Positions 41,941 through 55,000 of a stretch of DNA of 64,000 bases are shown one piece after another (position 1 is the stretch's first letter; each line of letters begins with the position of its first letter). Made by a program: the position numbers and the translations under genes. Origin of the DNA: Geosiphon pyriformis uo1 (Eukaryota; Fungi; Glomeromycota); assembly GCA_016748015.1 (NCBI GenBank), contig JAAOMT010000009.1, positions 1,489,924-1,553,923 on the forward strand, in the 5' to 3' direction. The notes below the pieces were generated by a model that saw only the letters and a list, made by a program, of their open reading frames with translations, was not told the origin of the DNA and did no database searches.

Positions 41941-44900
41941 CTATACAGCTATACAAACAGAAACTGAGTCACTAATACCAGAAAAAAATAAGCAACACTT
42001 GCGATAACCAAAGCTAACACCGAAAGTCTCAACTGTTTCCAGCAAATTGACCACACTAGCAGAAAACTTCGAAGACAAACCAGGCAACAAAATAGGAATC
42101 AAACCATCTAAAGAAATCAACTTGTTCTTTTTCATATATACACAATGTTTCACACAAACCAACCAAATATTATCCCTAAAAGCAAGACTAAGAGAATGCA
42201 TGAATTTGACAACTTTTGAACCAGCCACCTTAGGATTATGGAAGACAAGAACAGCCTCACAAAACCAATCATTAAAAACAAATCTTTATGAAGAGCCGCC
42301 AACACTAAAAAACCAGAGACACAAGATGACAACAAACACAACACACTTGACAAAGAATAAAACAATCCAGAAAGTGCCTTCCAAGACTCCACGTGGGAAT
42401 CTAACAACTGATGCTAAGCAGAATTATTGACTCCACAAGAAAACACATGATCTGACACCTCCACTTCACCACAATACAAGCACAAAACACTAGGATAAGA
42501 CCTATTATAAAGGTGCTTACAAACAGCCATAGGCAGTCGATGATGTAAAGCCTTCATAAAATAAGTGCGCACATTAGCCAAGACTCTGCTGGTAAAACCA
42601 GTGGCCATATGCAAATCCGGATGCCACACCAATGAGGAGCATGACTAATCAATCTCAGAAGCCAAATTACTCGCCAAAAACTTAACTCACAAACCTATTT
42701 CCCAATGTGCACGACTAATAGAGTGGAAAACATCTCAGACAAAATGTCTAGAATTATCAGAAATCACAACACTATTGGCCACCAAAAAGTGCTCATCCAA
42801 GCAAGAAGGAAGAAACCAACTAGAAAGAAAGTTAGAACCAGCAATCACATCAGCCTGCTCATTCTCTTCTACACCAGAATGATCTTTGACTTTATGCCAA
42901 CTAACCCTTAAAATTTTCTCATGAATTAAGTTAACAATATGTTGATGTTCAACCCAGCACTGACTGTGAAAATCAGAATGCAAAAGACCCAATTCCAACT
43001 TGCACGCATCTAAGACAGATTGACTGTCTAAAAACAGGCAAACTTAACTAAAAGGGGGAATGCATTCCAGGGCCAAAGCAATGGCTTGTAGCTCAGCCAA
43101 AGTGGACGACATCAAATCCAAAATGCCAATGCCCAAACTCAAACCAACATCCTCAGAAAAGGCAGCAGTGTTAGCTTTACAGCCGACCATACCCAAATTC
43201 CTTAAAAATCTATCTGTATAGACAGATAAACAACCAGTTTTAACACATGAGAGATGATCATAGACAGACAAAAATTCACCAGAACCAAGAATACTCAAAG
43301 AACCAACATCATCCAAAACTGAAGAAGGAGCAGAAGAAGAAGTTATGTCATCAAAAAATGCAGCAGAAAGCCTAAACCAATCGGGGATGGGTCCATAGGG
43401 GTCCAACCTCTTCCACTGCTTAAATGTGTACCAACTAAAAACAGAACCATGACAATCACAAAGCTGATTAACAAAGGCTATACCATAACGCCGGAGAGAT
43501 AGAAGAACCTAAAAAATCTTGACTTACCAAGAACAGTTGACATAAGCACCCCACCAATAAAACGAAATGCATTGGCCAAAGAACCACCCAAAGACAAATT
43601 ACAATCAAAAAGTACGCAAACCAGGCCAGTCAGAAAGTTATTAGAAGCACTGATATAAATATGAACTGGACAACTCAATAGGTGGACAGGACACCAACAC
43701 AAAACTTGTAAGTCATGAGATCTGTGAGAAAATAAGTGGCCCAAAATACCATTGGAGTTTACAAAACTGATAAGAAAGACGACTTTGGCCTCAGATTAAA
43801 CCTGCAAAAAGGACTTTAGACCATAAAAAAAAGGGTGGTAAATTGTATCACCAGGAAAATTGAGTGGCAAACCAGATTTGAGTTTTAAAGCCTTGCAAAT
43901 TATGACATCCCATTTGTTGCACACACTAACAGGAACAAAGCTAAACTGGGTTTTATAACTGACTATAGAATGGAGAACCACCAAAACTAAATACAAGAGC
44001 TGCTTATCTGTGATAGTCTTTCTCAGAACCAGATTGGTAAAAAAATGAATGTCCGAATGGGTTTTAATCAAACTAGGTTTCGATAGATTCTCAGTTGAGA
44101 GAAAAATACCCAAATATCGATAAGACTCTCCCTTCCTGGCAATAGAAATAAGTGAACCACTGATAAAAAAAGAAGGATTGCTGACCCTGCTATTAATAGG
44201 GATGGCCACTGTTTTGTCATTGTTAATTGAAATGTCATTGATTTAAAAAAATTCACTAGCAATATTGAAAATATGTTGAGTAGCCCTCAGACTGCTACCA
44301 ACCCAAATTGTATCATCGACAAAGACACCAACAGCAAAAAATGTAGAAAATCTAACCTGAGACTCAGCATAACCACTCTTGGAAATAAAATATGAATTCA
44401 GTTTGTACCCACACACACTCTTCTATTACTTGACTTTGCATAAGAGAGGATCATAAAATATGCACCACAAGAGAGGAAAAAAGACTTCTCTTTGGTCCAA
44501 ACCATTGTGCACATGATAACCACTTGTCAGCCCAAAATCTGTCATAACTTGATTGGTGTAACCCAATAAATACCATTGAAAAATTGAATGAACTTGTTAC
44601 ACATTTTAATCCTAACCAAACATTTACTGAGATGCTTCCAGCCAACCGAGTCATACACCTTCTTCATGTCTTGTAAAACGAGCCAGAGTTTACGGTTCTT
44701 TTCCAAAACATCTTCAACAATAGAACCAACTGCAAAAATGGGAGACTGGGTAAATGTACCCTTCAAAACTGAAAAGTTGTCACTGTAAAGAACATCAAAC
44801 ATGCTACATGCCAACAAAATCCAATCAGAGAGAATCTTGAAAAGAATCTTATGAGCCATCTCAATCAAAGCAATAGAATGTGTATTTGTTAGTACACCCT

Positions 44901-46625
44901 TCCACTCATATAGTTTGAAGATCATTGAAACTCATGCCTCCTTCCAGAAGCAAGGCACTGATTCATACAACAAACAAGAATTTAAAAGCACCAAAAGCAT
45001 ATCCAAAACAGATTTATTACAACGCTTCCAGAGTTCATTTGAAATTTCAGAAAGGCCAGCAGCTTTGCCATCAGGCAGACCAGAAACCAACCCGAACAAC
45101 TCATCAAAACTAATTGAACTTATTATACCAGAAAAAGCTTCATCAAAAACATAATCCAAAGATTAATATTGATGATTCTAATTACTAGAGACATCAGTGA
45201 CCACCTAACATGATTGAGTCTAACCTTCCATAATCATGTTCATCTTAGACTTCACAAGATTAGGCTCCAAAATCAGCTTATCACCCACCACCAGATAATC
45301 TAAAACCACTTTGCGAAAAGGGCATTCCAAAACACTCTTAATAGTATAACCCTTGTTCAATTCAAAGCTCTCTATTCTTCTGTCAATCACCAACCTGATC
45401 TGAGATTCCCTAGCATGGTCCAATTCCGACAACTTAGATGAATAGTAAGATTTCCTGATTTTGGCCAAAACCAACTGAATGGCATCAAAATGGAAAACTG
45501 AAAGAAAAAGAGACTTAACAACAGAGGCATTGGTAGAATCAAGGCCACTCCATAAGCCAAGTAGGGAAACAAATTCATCATGAAAAGCCAGACACAAGGC
45601 TTTAACAATCCTCAACACCAAAAGTTCCAATTTGTGAAACCTGAAGGATGCTTTATTAAAGACACTGTCATAGCCCTTAAACTATTTTTTCTTAAAAACA
45701 CTTTCTACCGACAAGCACACTACTTGGCAGAGAGCATTCCACATCGAGACCAAATCTGAATTCCTCCCAGCAGCACCAAACTCATCACAAAACATGACAG
45801 TATTTGCAGCTGTATCTTCTTTGAATTTAATCCACTTAGCACTATTGGCACTTATAAAATTATATTTTCAACAATCTCTATTTGTTTGTTTACGCAAAGA
45901 GTTCAGTTGTACATCCAGCAACCACCAAGACTCATGGATACAGAAACAGTCTTATGATCAGTGTCAAAATAGTCATTGACAGCAGCCACATCATAATCTA
46001 CTACCGCACCAATCAAATTAGACAAAATAAACATGAAATCAATTGTCTTAGCAACACCACGAGAGTTGCACCAAGTAGATAACTTCACAGAAGAGCTCCC
46101 TCCCAAAGAGTTAACCAAACCCAAATCAAAGCATTTTTTAAAACTGGTGCACTTCTGAGAACCATTCTCATTGAAATCACCACCAAAAATAACAAAAGAA
46201 GATTCATTAACAGTCCTCGCAATCAAGAAATTGATCTCAGCAGCTTGGGAAAACCGAACAGTCAAAGAAGCTCCAGCATAAAGCCCCAAAATAGAAACCA
46301 AAAGTTTGTTCCTAAAGAGTAACTTAATGCAGAAAAGGTGGCCAGGAATCTTAGAAACTTTACTAACATGCTTAGTTAAAGAATTGTCCAAAACCATCAC
46401 GACACCAGCTCTGATATAGCCAGAGGCCAAACCAGAAGAGAAAACACAAACGCCATCAAACTTGCTAGCCAACCAAGAATGAGCTTTATCCTTCAACTTT
46501 GTCTCCATAAGAATAGAAACCAAATTACATGAATCTTTGTGCTAATGCACAATGTTTTCCTGTTTTGTGAAATTGTTTATATCTCGAACATTACATGTAG
46601 CTACCTTCTAAATAATGTTAATCAT
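41941..46625 (-). pseudogene. LINE B ORF2: APE - RT - RNase H - Zn finger
   Basis: IFGGDFNE, IDFMF, DTDHK; LQDMKKVYDSV; VYTD, AELQAIALALE, HKVKDHSG; CLYCGEVEVSDHVFSC. Confidence 0.9.
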
Positions 46626-48520
46626 TGAGGAGAAAGTGATCCAGAACCCAAACCAGCATTTTCCAACCTGGTCGAAAGGTCCATAACAGTTTTCGAAAGA
46701 ATATCCAGAGTATCTTCCAATTTAGAAACTGCTGACAAATCATAAACAACTATCTTTACAACAGTCCTATCACTAATGGCTGTACCCAAAACCTCATTTA
46801 TCACTGTATCCATCTCTTGATTCTGTAATGAAGAGGTTATCAACGGCTGACATTTAGGGCCATGCTGGGAAACCGTCGGCCTGAATGCATCCAACCTCTT
46901 GGCCAGCTTATCAACCTGCTCAGCAAGACTGACAAGACTGTGCTCAAGAGTAGCAAACCTGTTATTCACATTCAAAGAAAATTGAAGGGGAGGTACCATG
47001 GCCGACAGTAAACCACTACCAAAAGAAGATGACAAAGCCATGCGAGAATTAGAACCTCCAACAACTTGAGCCCAAGTTTTACCAGTGAAAGACACAAGAT
47101 GAAAGATAGGAGCCAGTTTTTTCTTATAAATGCCAGCCAGACAAACCCAATCTTAATCAGAGAACACTCGTTTCTCATGAACACCAAAATTTTCATCCAA
47201 AGAACAGTTAATTGTAATATAACTAAATTGTTTGCACTGAGTGCAACTGGCCAAAGAAAGACCAGCCCATTGCAAATTCACACCCTTGAAAACAGAAACA
47301 GAACCAATAGCAGCCGATTTAGATGTCTTACTCACAAAACAAATGACCACACACTTATCACAAACATATGAACTAAGATTTCGGCCAATAAAGCATGTTT
47401 TTCTACCATAAGCCTCCATCAATTCAGAAAGATCATGTGCAGTAGTACCAATCAGAAAAGTGTACAACAAAGCATGATAATGGTCCCTCAAAATCCATAG
47501 CTCCTTGTCACTGACGGCCAAAGCAACATGCACAGAATTCTTATCCATGAGAACTAACCATTTAGACACAACCAAACATGCAGTTTTAGTAAACTCAAAT
47601 TCCACCAAAGCCCAATTAATTGTATCTTGATTAATATGATTTTGCCAAATTTGGAGAACACTGTCTCAATCACTGATTTGGAAAGATCTACTGGAATCTC
47701 CTTGATGATTATTTCCTAATCCAAATGGCTGTTGATTTTTTTGAGATCATCATTTACAATTATTTTTTCATTGATTGCCATTTTTCTGGTCTTATTCAAA
47801 CTAGACCCACTTGTGAAAGTTGACCAAATGATACCAGGAAATTTTGAGAGAGTTGAGGCTCCCCCAAAACCATCAATTTTTGTAAAAAATTTTCTTAATT
47901 GAAATCAACTTATTACTATTAGTCTTTCCAGGCACATTTGACAATTCTATATCCAAGGTGAATAATTTAACTGGTTCAAAGGCGCAATGTTCCAAAACAC
48001 ATGAAATCACAGATGGCAGCCAATTGGATCCAGCAAATTTAGCTCCAGGAAGCACCAACCCAGTATCGTTGTCATTCATGTTTGTGAAAAAAATTGTCTT
48101 TGGTGGCTGTTCCAAAACAAAGGTTCTTGTTCATGTTTTCTTAGGAGTTGTATCGTCTTCTATTTCATCAGTCTTAGAAACATTGGGATCCATGTAACTC
48201 GTCTTTTTAGCAACCGTGCTTTCCAAATTCTCGGCATCTGACACTTTACTAACACCTGCTTCTTTACTATCCACCTCGCTTCTCCAAGATCTCTGCAGCC
48301 TAACACCATTACTATATAGCATACCCACTGAAAGCAGACTGTCCAATAAGTCCATAATGCCACCAAAGACACCAGGCAACTTTGTCTTTTTGTATGAAGG
48401 ACCACGTGAGTATACACTCTTAATGCGTGCTTTAATTTTTTTGCTGCCAGACCAGGACCCCAATCCAGCCGAACTTGAACTCGAAGCGCCAGCAGAAGAG
48501 CCCACTAGATCCATAGGCAC
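46622..48520 (-). pseudogene. LINE B ORF1
   Basis: ORF pieces homologous to LINE A ORF1 (FTLDI, MVEF, TTAHDL, GKTWAQVV). Confidence 0.8.
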
Positions 48521-48644
48521 AAATAGAGATACATTTGAAGAAATAATGAAAGGAACAAAAGGAAAAAAGACAACTTCAAGCTCTTGTTATGGTCAGGGAA
48601 TCAACAAAAAAAAGAGTTTTTTTTTTTTTAATTTAGTTTTTAGT

Positions 48645-51600
48645 TTTTTTATTATTATTAGATTTAATAAGTGCAGTCCAACCACTACCTAAATATATAA
48701 AATCAAATAAAATTATAATTTAAGTGTAACTCATGCCTTTTCTACACATAACCAGACATTTGGTTCAGTTAAAGCAGCACTACACACTCACAGAATTTGT
48801 TAAAAAAATATTACATGAGAAACTGAAACCCAAACCAGTAAGATGGGGACACAAATCAAAACTCATATGAATACTCAATCTAATACCAAGGCTATAGGTA
48901 ATATTAACAGCTCAAAAGTCTGACAAACCAGCAATCAATAGCACTGCAGATCTATTATGTGGTAAAAGATTGTGTTTTTTATAGAAGGCTCTCAATTTGG
49001 CTGTAGGTAACCAAATGTCTAACTTATGATTCTCTGCAAAACTGTAAACCAATTTGACAATTAAATGGCCACTAGAAGCAGAGCCAAGGCACAGGATAGT
49101 ATTAGCCATTCAGCTTTTTAACACAAATCTCTTGGCCAACAACATATACAAATTACTGGATGATTCAGCCTCACACAGAGATTGTGTCATTTTACCTCCT
49201 AAAGCAGACCCACCAGCCACTTTGCACCACTTTTTTCTAATAGACAATAATATAGTTTTTCTGATATTGTCATTATGCATGCATAAAAATAGGTAATCAG
49301 AGTCCTCAACCATATCACACCTAATGCACATCATACTAGAATATCTTGGATTGTACAACTTTTTCTTCACAGCAACTGGCAGGTGACAATGCAGAGATTT
49401 CATAAGATAAGACCACAAAAAAGCTTAAGACAAACTGGTATAATTGGAGCAGATTCTATCATCAGAGTGTTAAACACTGAATGACTTGGATGCACTGAAT
49501 TCACTAGCAACACCAATCTCAACAATACTGGTGCCACACCTGAAGTCTCAACTAACAAAATTAACAATGTTAAACAAATTTTTGATGAAATGACATGTAT
49601 TCTTAGAAACAGATCTGTTTTCAACCCTAAAAAAACAATATGGCACATCCAGAAGCAGTATAGACCCAAAAAAAACTACTGTATTGGCAAAAAAATCTGT
49701 TCGTTTATTCTCAATAATGTCTGAATGTCTTTTGATCTTCTTTCATGTGACTGATAGATTTTTTTTCAAAATAACTTGATGAATATGCTCTTTTTTAATC
49801 CAATATTTGCAGCAAAAATCAGGACCAAACATGTCTATATTGAATTTGAAAATATTCAGCAATGCTTGACTATCTGTAAACAATTCAACCATGCTAAAGG
49901 CAAGCACACACTTCAGTGCCAAAGTGATGGCTTATAGCTTTATCAATGTTGAGAACAATAAGCCAAAAACTTTTATACCAATACTAACACTGGCTTTTGG
50001 AAAGTAAGCAGCAGCACCACCATAAGCACTAATTGACTTTAAACTCTTGACAAACCCATCAGTATAAACTTTAACAGAACTATGCCCAAAGGCCAACAAA
50101 CATTCAGAAGTAAAACCAACATCATGAGAAAATTTGGTGGGAGCAGAACAGGACACCGCAGTCACATCAATGTCCAAACCACTATTTTTAACAAAATTAA
50201 TAACAGAAACAAACCAGGTAGGAATTGGACCTCTTGAATCAAGTTTCTTTCATCTATGAAAGGTGTTTCAAATGAAGCACATGCCATGACAATCTAAAAG
50301 TTAATTGACAAAAATGAGGCCATACTTTCTAAGAGAATTTTTTACACCCAAATAATTATTTAGACTCAGCACATCCAAGATAAACACACTAGTTCCAGCC
50401 TGAAAAACATTAGGAAAAACACCATTTAAGAAGGTTTTGCATAAAGTGAAAACACATATAACACCAGCCAAAAAACAATTCAAAGGATTAATAGGTAACA
50501 TGACCAAAAAACAAAGAGGGTGCTGGGGCATTCAGCTGGCAGCCTATAAGTCTATTGCTCTATGGTCAAAAATTCTGCTAAGAGTTCCACTAGCATTACC
50601 AAAATTGATCAGGTTGGCCAGCAAACTTTCAGAAAGCATCTGCTCAAATGGCTTCAGACCATATAGCTTAGAATGATGTAGTGCTATACTAGAAAAGTCT
50701 CTAAGCAAATTTGCCTTAAACTTAAGCCTCTTTCTTAACAATTTGTTCCATTTTTCACAAACACCCTTAGAGGCAAAGCTAAATTGAAGTCTGTAACAGA
50801 CAATAGACTACAAAACAGCAGAAACTAAATACAAAAATTGCTTCTTAGTAATGGCCTTTCTTAAAACCACATTCAAAAAAAACTTGACATCAATATAAGC
50901 CTTGGCTAAACTTGGCTTAAAAAAGCCCTTAGTTGACAAAAAAATTCCCAAATAATGATAAGACTTGCCCCTTTTGGCCACCAAAATTCTCGACTCACTA
51001 ATGAATAGATCAGCCCTTTTAGCATCTTGGTTAATGAGGATAGTGTTAGTCTTCTCAATATTTATTGAAATGTCATTGATAGAAAAAAACTCACTGGCTA
51101 TGTTCAAGATATTCTGTGTTGCTGTTAAGCAATTTCCAATCCAGATTATGTTATTAACAAAGGCACCTGCTGCAAAAAATGAGATCCTGATATTATTCAG
51201 GTCAGGTTTGCCAGACTTAGTATAGAATCTTGAACATATTTGGTAGCCATATAATTGTTCATGTTTTTTGACTTCACAAAGCAACAGATCATAGAAAATA
51301 TGTCACAACAGTGGTGAAACTACCTTTTCTTGATCCAGACTATCATGCACAATGTAACCATTAGACAGACCAAAATCTGTCATAACTTGATTAAATCTAT
51401 CATTGTTTATGCTACCAAAGAGACTTATAAAGTAGGAACACATTTTGATCCTGACCAAACTATTAAGCAAATAAAACCAACTAACAGAATCATAGATCTT
51501 GTACATATCTTGAAGAACCAATCATAACTCCCTGTTTTTCTCTAGGGTGTTTTTAACAATTGAGCCAACAGCAAAAATAGAGAATTGTGTAGAAGTGCCC

Positions 51601-51693
51601 TTTAACACTAAAAAATTGTTACCATGTAAAATGTTGAACTTACTGCAAGCCAAAAAAATCCTGTCTGAAAAGATTTTAGACAAGATCTTTCAT
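48645..51693 (-). mobile_element. LINE C, 3' portion (RT C-half, RNase H, Zn finger, 3' UTR)
   Basis: VLQDMYKIYDSV, LDQEKVVSPLL, GAFVNN (decayed FVDD), VYTDG, CIRC. Its 3' UTR is homologous to those of LINEs A and B. Interrupted by the Gypsy at 51694. Confidence 0.9.
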
Positions 51694-52545
51694 TATTACT
51701 TATAGAATATAGAAAGTATATTAGCATATAAATTAGCCAATCAGAAATAATCATAGTAAATATAGAATTCCAGAATTCTTCTCAAAAGAATTGTAAAATT
51801 CTAGGAATTTCAAGATTCTTGTACAAGAAATTGCAGGATCCCAGAATTCCAGAATTCCTCTTAAAAAAATTACAGAATTCTAGAAATTCCAGAATTTTTG
51901 GTGTAAAGAATTAAGAAATTGAGGAATCTTAATTATGTATATATAGCAGTAGTATTAGAAATAGAAAAAACAGACCTCTTAGCTTAGATTTAATTTAAAC
52001 AACCTTCTACATCACAAATATCAATAAGTAATTATTTAGTATCTCAAATCCACTTTCCACTATCAACACTTTATATTGATAACAATTGATACTTAAACCA
52101 CTGGAACAATAGCTCTTAATCATGGCTATTGACAAAATACTAATATTTATTGCCTTGGCTTATTTTTTTTTTATTTTCTTTTATTTTTGTTATTTTTTTG
52201 TCTTACTAATTGATTGAAGATTAAGCACAAAGTTATTGACATCAAGGATAGTCTGGTAAAAAACCCCCAAAAAAGGGTATAGAAATTAAAAATTTAAGAA
52301 TAACTTACCAGAAGGGCATTTCTGCCAGATTACTGGCCACCATACTGAAAAAAAAATTTGATAGAATTGCAATTCTGGGAGGCTACTGGAAAGATAACAA
52401 TTGAATTTTTGTTTATTATACAAAAAACTCCACAACAAAACCTTCAGATTAACAAGACCTTTAGAAGCTAACATTATTAAATCAATTAAGCACCAAATTA
52501 CGAGTTTGTTATTTAATTTAAAACCCCAAATAATCAACTGTAATA
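51694..52545 (+). repeat. 5' LTR
   Basis: Direct repeat of 61872-62723. CCAAT at ~51737 and TATATATA at ~51938. Confidence 0.95.
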
Positions 52546-52547
52546 TT

Positions 52548-52564
52548 TGGTGCTCTTTGTGAGA
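52548..52564 (+). promoter_or_regulatory. Primer binding site TGGTGCTCTTTGTGAGA
   Basis: 2 nt after the LTR. The consensus with the copy at 1677, TGGTGCTCTCTGTGAGG, resembles the complement of a tRNA 3' end (elongator Met- or Ile-like; unverified). Confidence 0.85.
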
Positions 52565-52599
52565 TATAATTTTACAGAAAACCAGCACCAACAACAATC

Positions 52600-55000
52600 A
52601 TCCAAAAGTGGCAGAATTAGAAATTATAGGAGCAAACCATTTAGAATTTGCCAAATCCTTGTTTTAATAGTACAGTTAACAATTAGGATTAAACAATAAC
52701 TATTTCCCAGCAGAATCAGCCTTTAACTTCTATGTCAACAATAAAATTACAGACTGCTTAGGAGAAACAGTTAACATTGAATCTGTAAGAGAAAATTTCT
52801 ATACAGAATTGTTTCAACATACCAGCTTACCAAAAAACTACAGTTTTGCACCAATTATCAGAGAAATAAATCAAATCATTGAAAGGTACACTCAACAACA
52901 ATTCCCCATTACTTATGCAGACAAAGGCAAAAAAAGATTGCAAACACCAGCAATAACACTCAAAAGGATACAACCACCTACTTGAAAGAAAAACAGAGTT
53001 GAATCACCAACCAGTTCATCATACTATTATACACCAGAAAGTGCTATTAATATCTCTTTAGCAGATGCATCTACATCAAACGTAATGTCAACATTTAGAC
53101 AATTCTTATTTCAAAGTAAACAAAAAAAAGCAGAGTTGTTAGAACCATATGGTGAATATTTTGAAAGATTTAAATCATGATCACCAATACCATTAGGATT
53201 ATGATCACTGCCATCTCAACCAGACTTTGGAACTATGAGTTTGTGAAAAGTAATGGAATCAAAAGAAGAAGAAAGTAAGGAGCAGGAATTTACTTACCAA
53301 AACCCAATCCTAAAAAATTTAGAAATTGAAACTCCAAATTTTCAAACTCCTCAAAATCTGAATAATACAAACCCTGAAACAATTAATCAGCAAAACTTAC
53401 CTCCAGTAATTGTCATCAATTAACAACCAATTGAACTGATTACTGAACTGATTCAATAGCAGCCACTTCAACAACCTGTTCAACAGTCATTTCACTTACT
53501 TCAACAACCACAACAGCTGCTTCAACAGCAGCAACAACAACTTCAACAACCACCACAACAACAACAACAAGCCATAGCACCAATGACATATGCTCCTATC
53601 ACCAAACTAGAAAAATTTACTGGCAAAGAAGATAATACCCAAGTCTGGCTTAATAACATTACCAAAGCAATCACTGTTAACAATTGGAATAATGTCAGAG
53701 CACTACAAGCCATTCCATACTTTTTGCAAGATACTGTTAATTCATTATATCAAAGCTTGATCAATAAACCTGTCACCTTTGACACATTTAAAACAGAGTT
53801 TTTGAGATATTTTAGCAACAATAATAGCATCAACTGATTGGCCAACACTTTCACTACCATCAAGCAAGGAGAAACTGAAACAGTCACTACTTACTTAAGA
53901 TGCTTCCACAGAAATCTGTGCCAAATTTAGGCCATACAAGCTGATTATTTTACAGCACCACAAATCTTAAATCAATTCATTAGAGGCCTGTACAGTAGCA
54001 TCCTCCAATATGTACATTCAATGCATCCAGCAGACCTTCAAGCTACAGTTACAAATGTCAAAGATTTTGAAGCAACTGAACTTGAAGCCAACCATGTCCA
54101 AGCCATAAACCTAGTGATAAATGAATCATCTGACTTGGATTTCAAGTTGAAGCAATTTAGTGACTTACTTAATCAGAAATTGGATGGGTACTTAGCTAAC
54201 ACTACTCAAGTCATTTATCAACCTTCACAATGACACAACAATCAGGAAAATAGAAATTGCTTCCAAAATCAGTCATGTCCAGCATTATCCTTGACCAATC
54301 AACAGTGGCAGCAGGAAATGCATGCCACTATTGTGATAAACAAGAACATTTACAGTTTGAATGCCATAAATGACTAAATGAACAACAATTAGGTCATCAG
54401 TATTGAAACTCTGATCATCAACTACAAATTCAGAATTATGTCAGTAATCAATTACCAGAACAATACCAACTTTAAGTACATTATGCTCCAGTGACACAGC
54501 TGATTTATTAAACCCCAATAATACAACAAGTATACTTACTTTCAGTATATCAAGCTCCAGCATCAATCTATTAACTAACAATACCCATAATCTATTAACC
54601 ACTACAGTTACAAGTAATCTATCAGACATCAGCAATCTCAACTCTGAATTTAGCTCAGGTGACATTAGGAAATCCCAGATCCAGAGTCATTCAAAACTGG
54701 AGATCAGTAATAATTGTTCACCAACCAATTCTCAGCTTCTCAAACCAGCCATCAGAATCATGCCAGCAGAGTTCAGGAACTGGGTATACCCAAAACCCGA
54801 GTTCTCAGAACTATTTAAGTTTCCTGATAACTCCAGAAGACACTACATCCAACAACACAGAATCCAACCACAAACAAACACTCACTAACAACATACCTTC
54901 AGTTACCATTACCAATGACAAGTTACTCACAGCTATCTTTTTGTTTGAACTTGAGGAACTAACATCTATGCCCTTGTTCAGTGGAGCCACACTCGAGAAA
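52600..55000 (+). pseudogene. Gypsy gag (long N-terminal extension, capsid, CCHC knuckle)
   Basis: Capsid-like MTYAPITKLEKFTGKEDNTQVWL...IKQGETETVTTYL. Knuckle relic CHYCDKQEHLQFEC at ~54325-54366. Confidence 0.85.

Larger units (their letters stand above)
41761..48627 (-). mobile_element. Full-length LINE B (related subfamily), pseudogenised
   Basis: Long poly(A) (T-run ~41756-41823). 14-bp TSD TTAATTTAGTTTTT at 41747-41760 and 48628-48641. ORF1 ~48520-46622; ORF2 46625-41941. Confidence 0.93.

Noticed and set aside
52286-52597. Recurring antisense ORFs over LTR ends (also 1608-1892, 62509-62727)
   Set aside because: Their similarity simply reflects LTR homology, and their starts and lengths are inconsistent.
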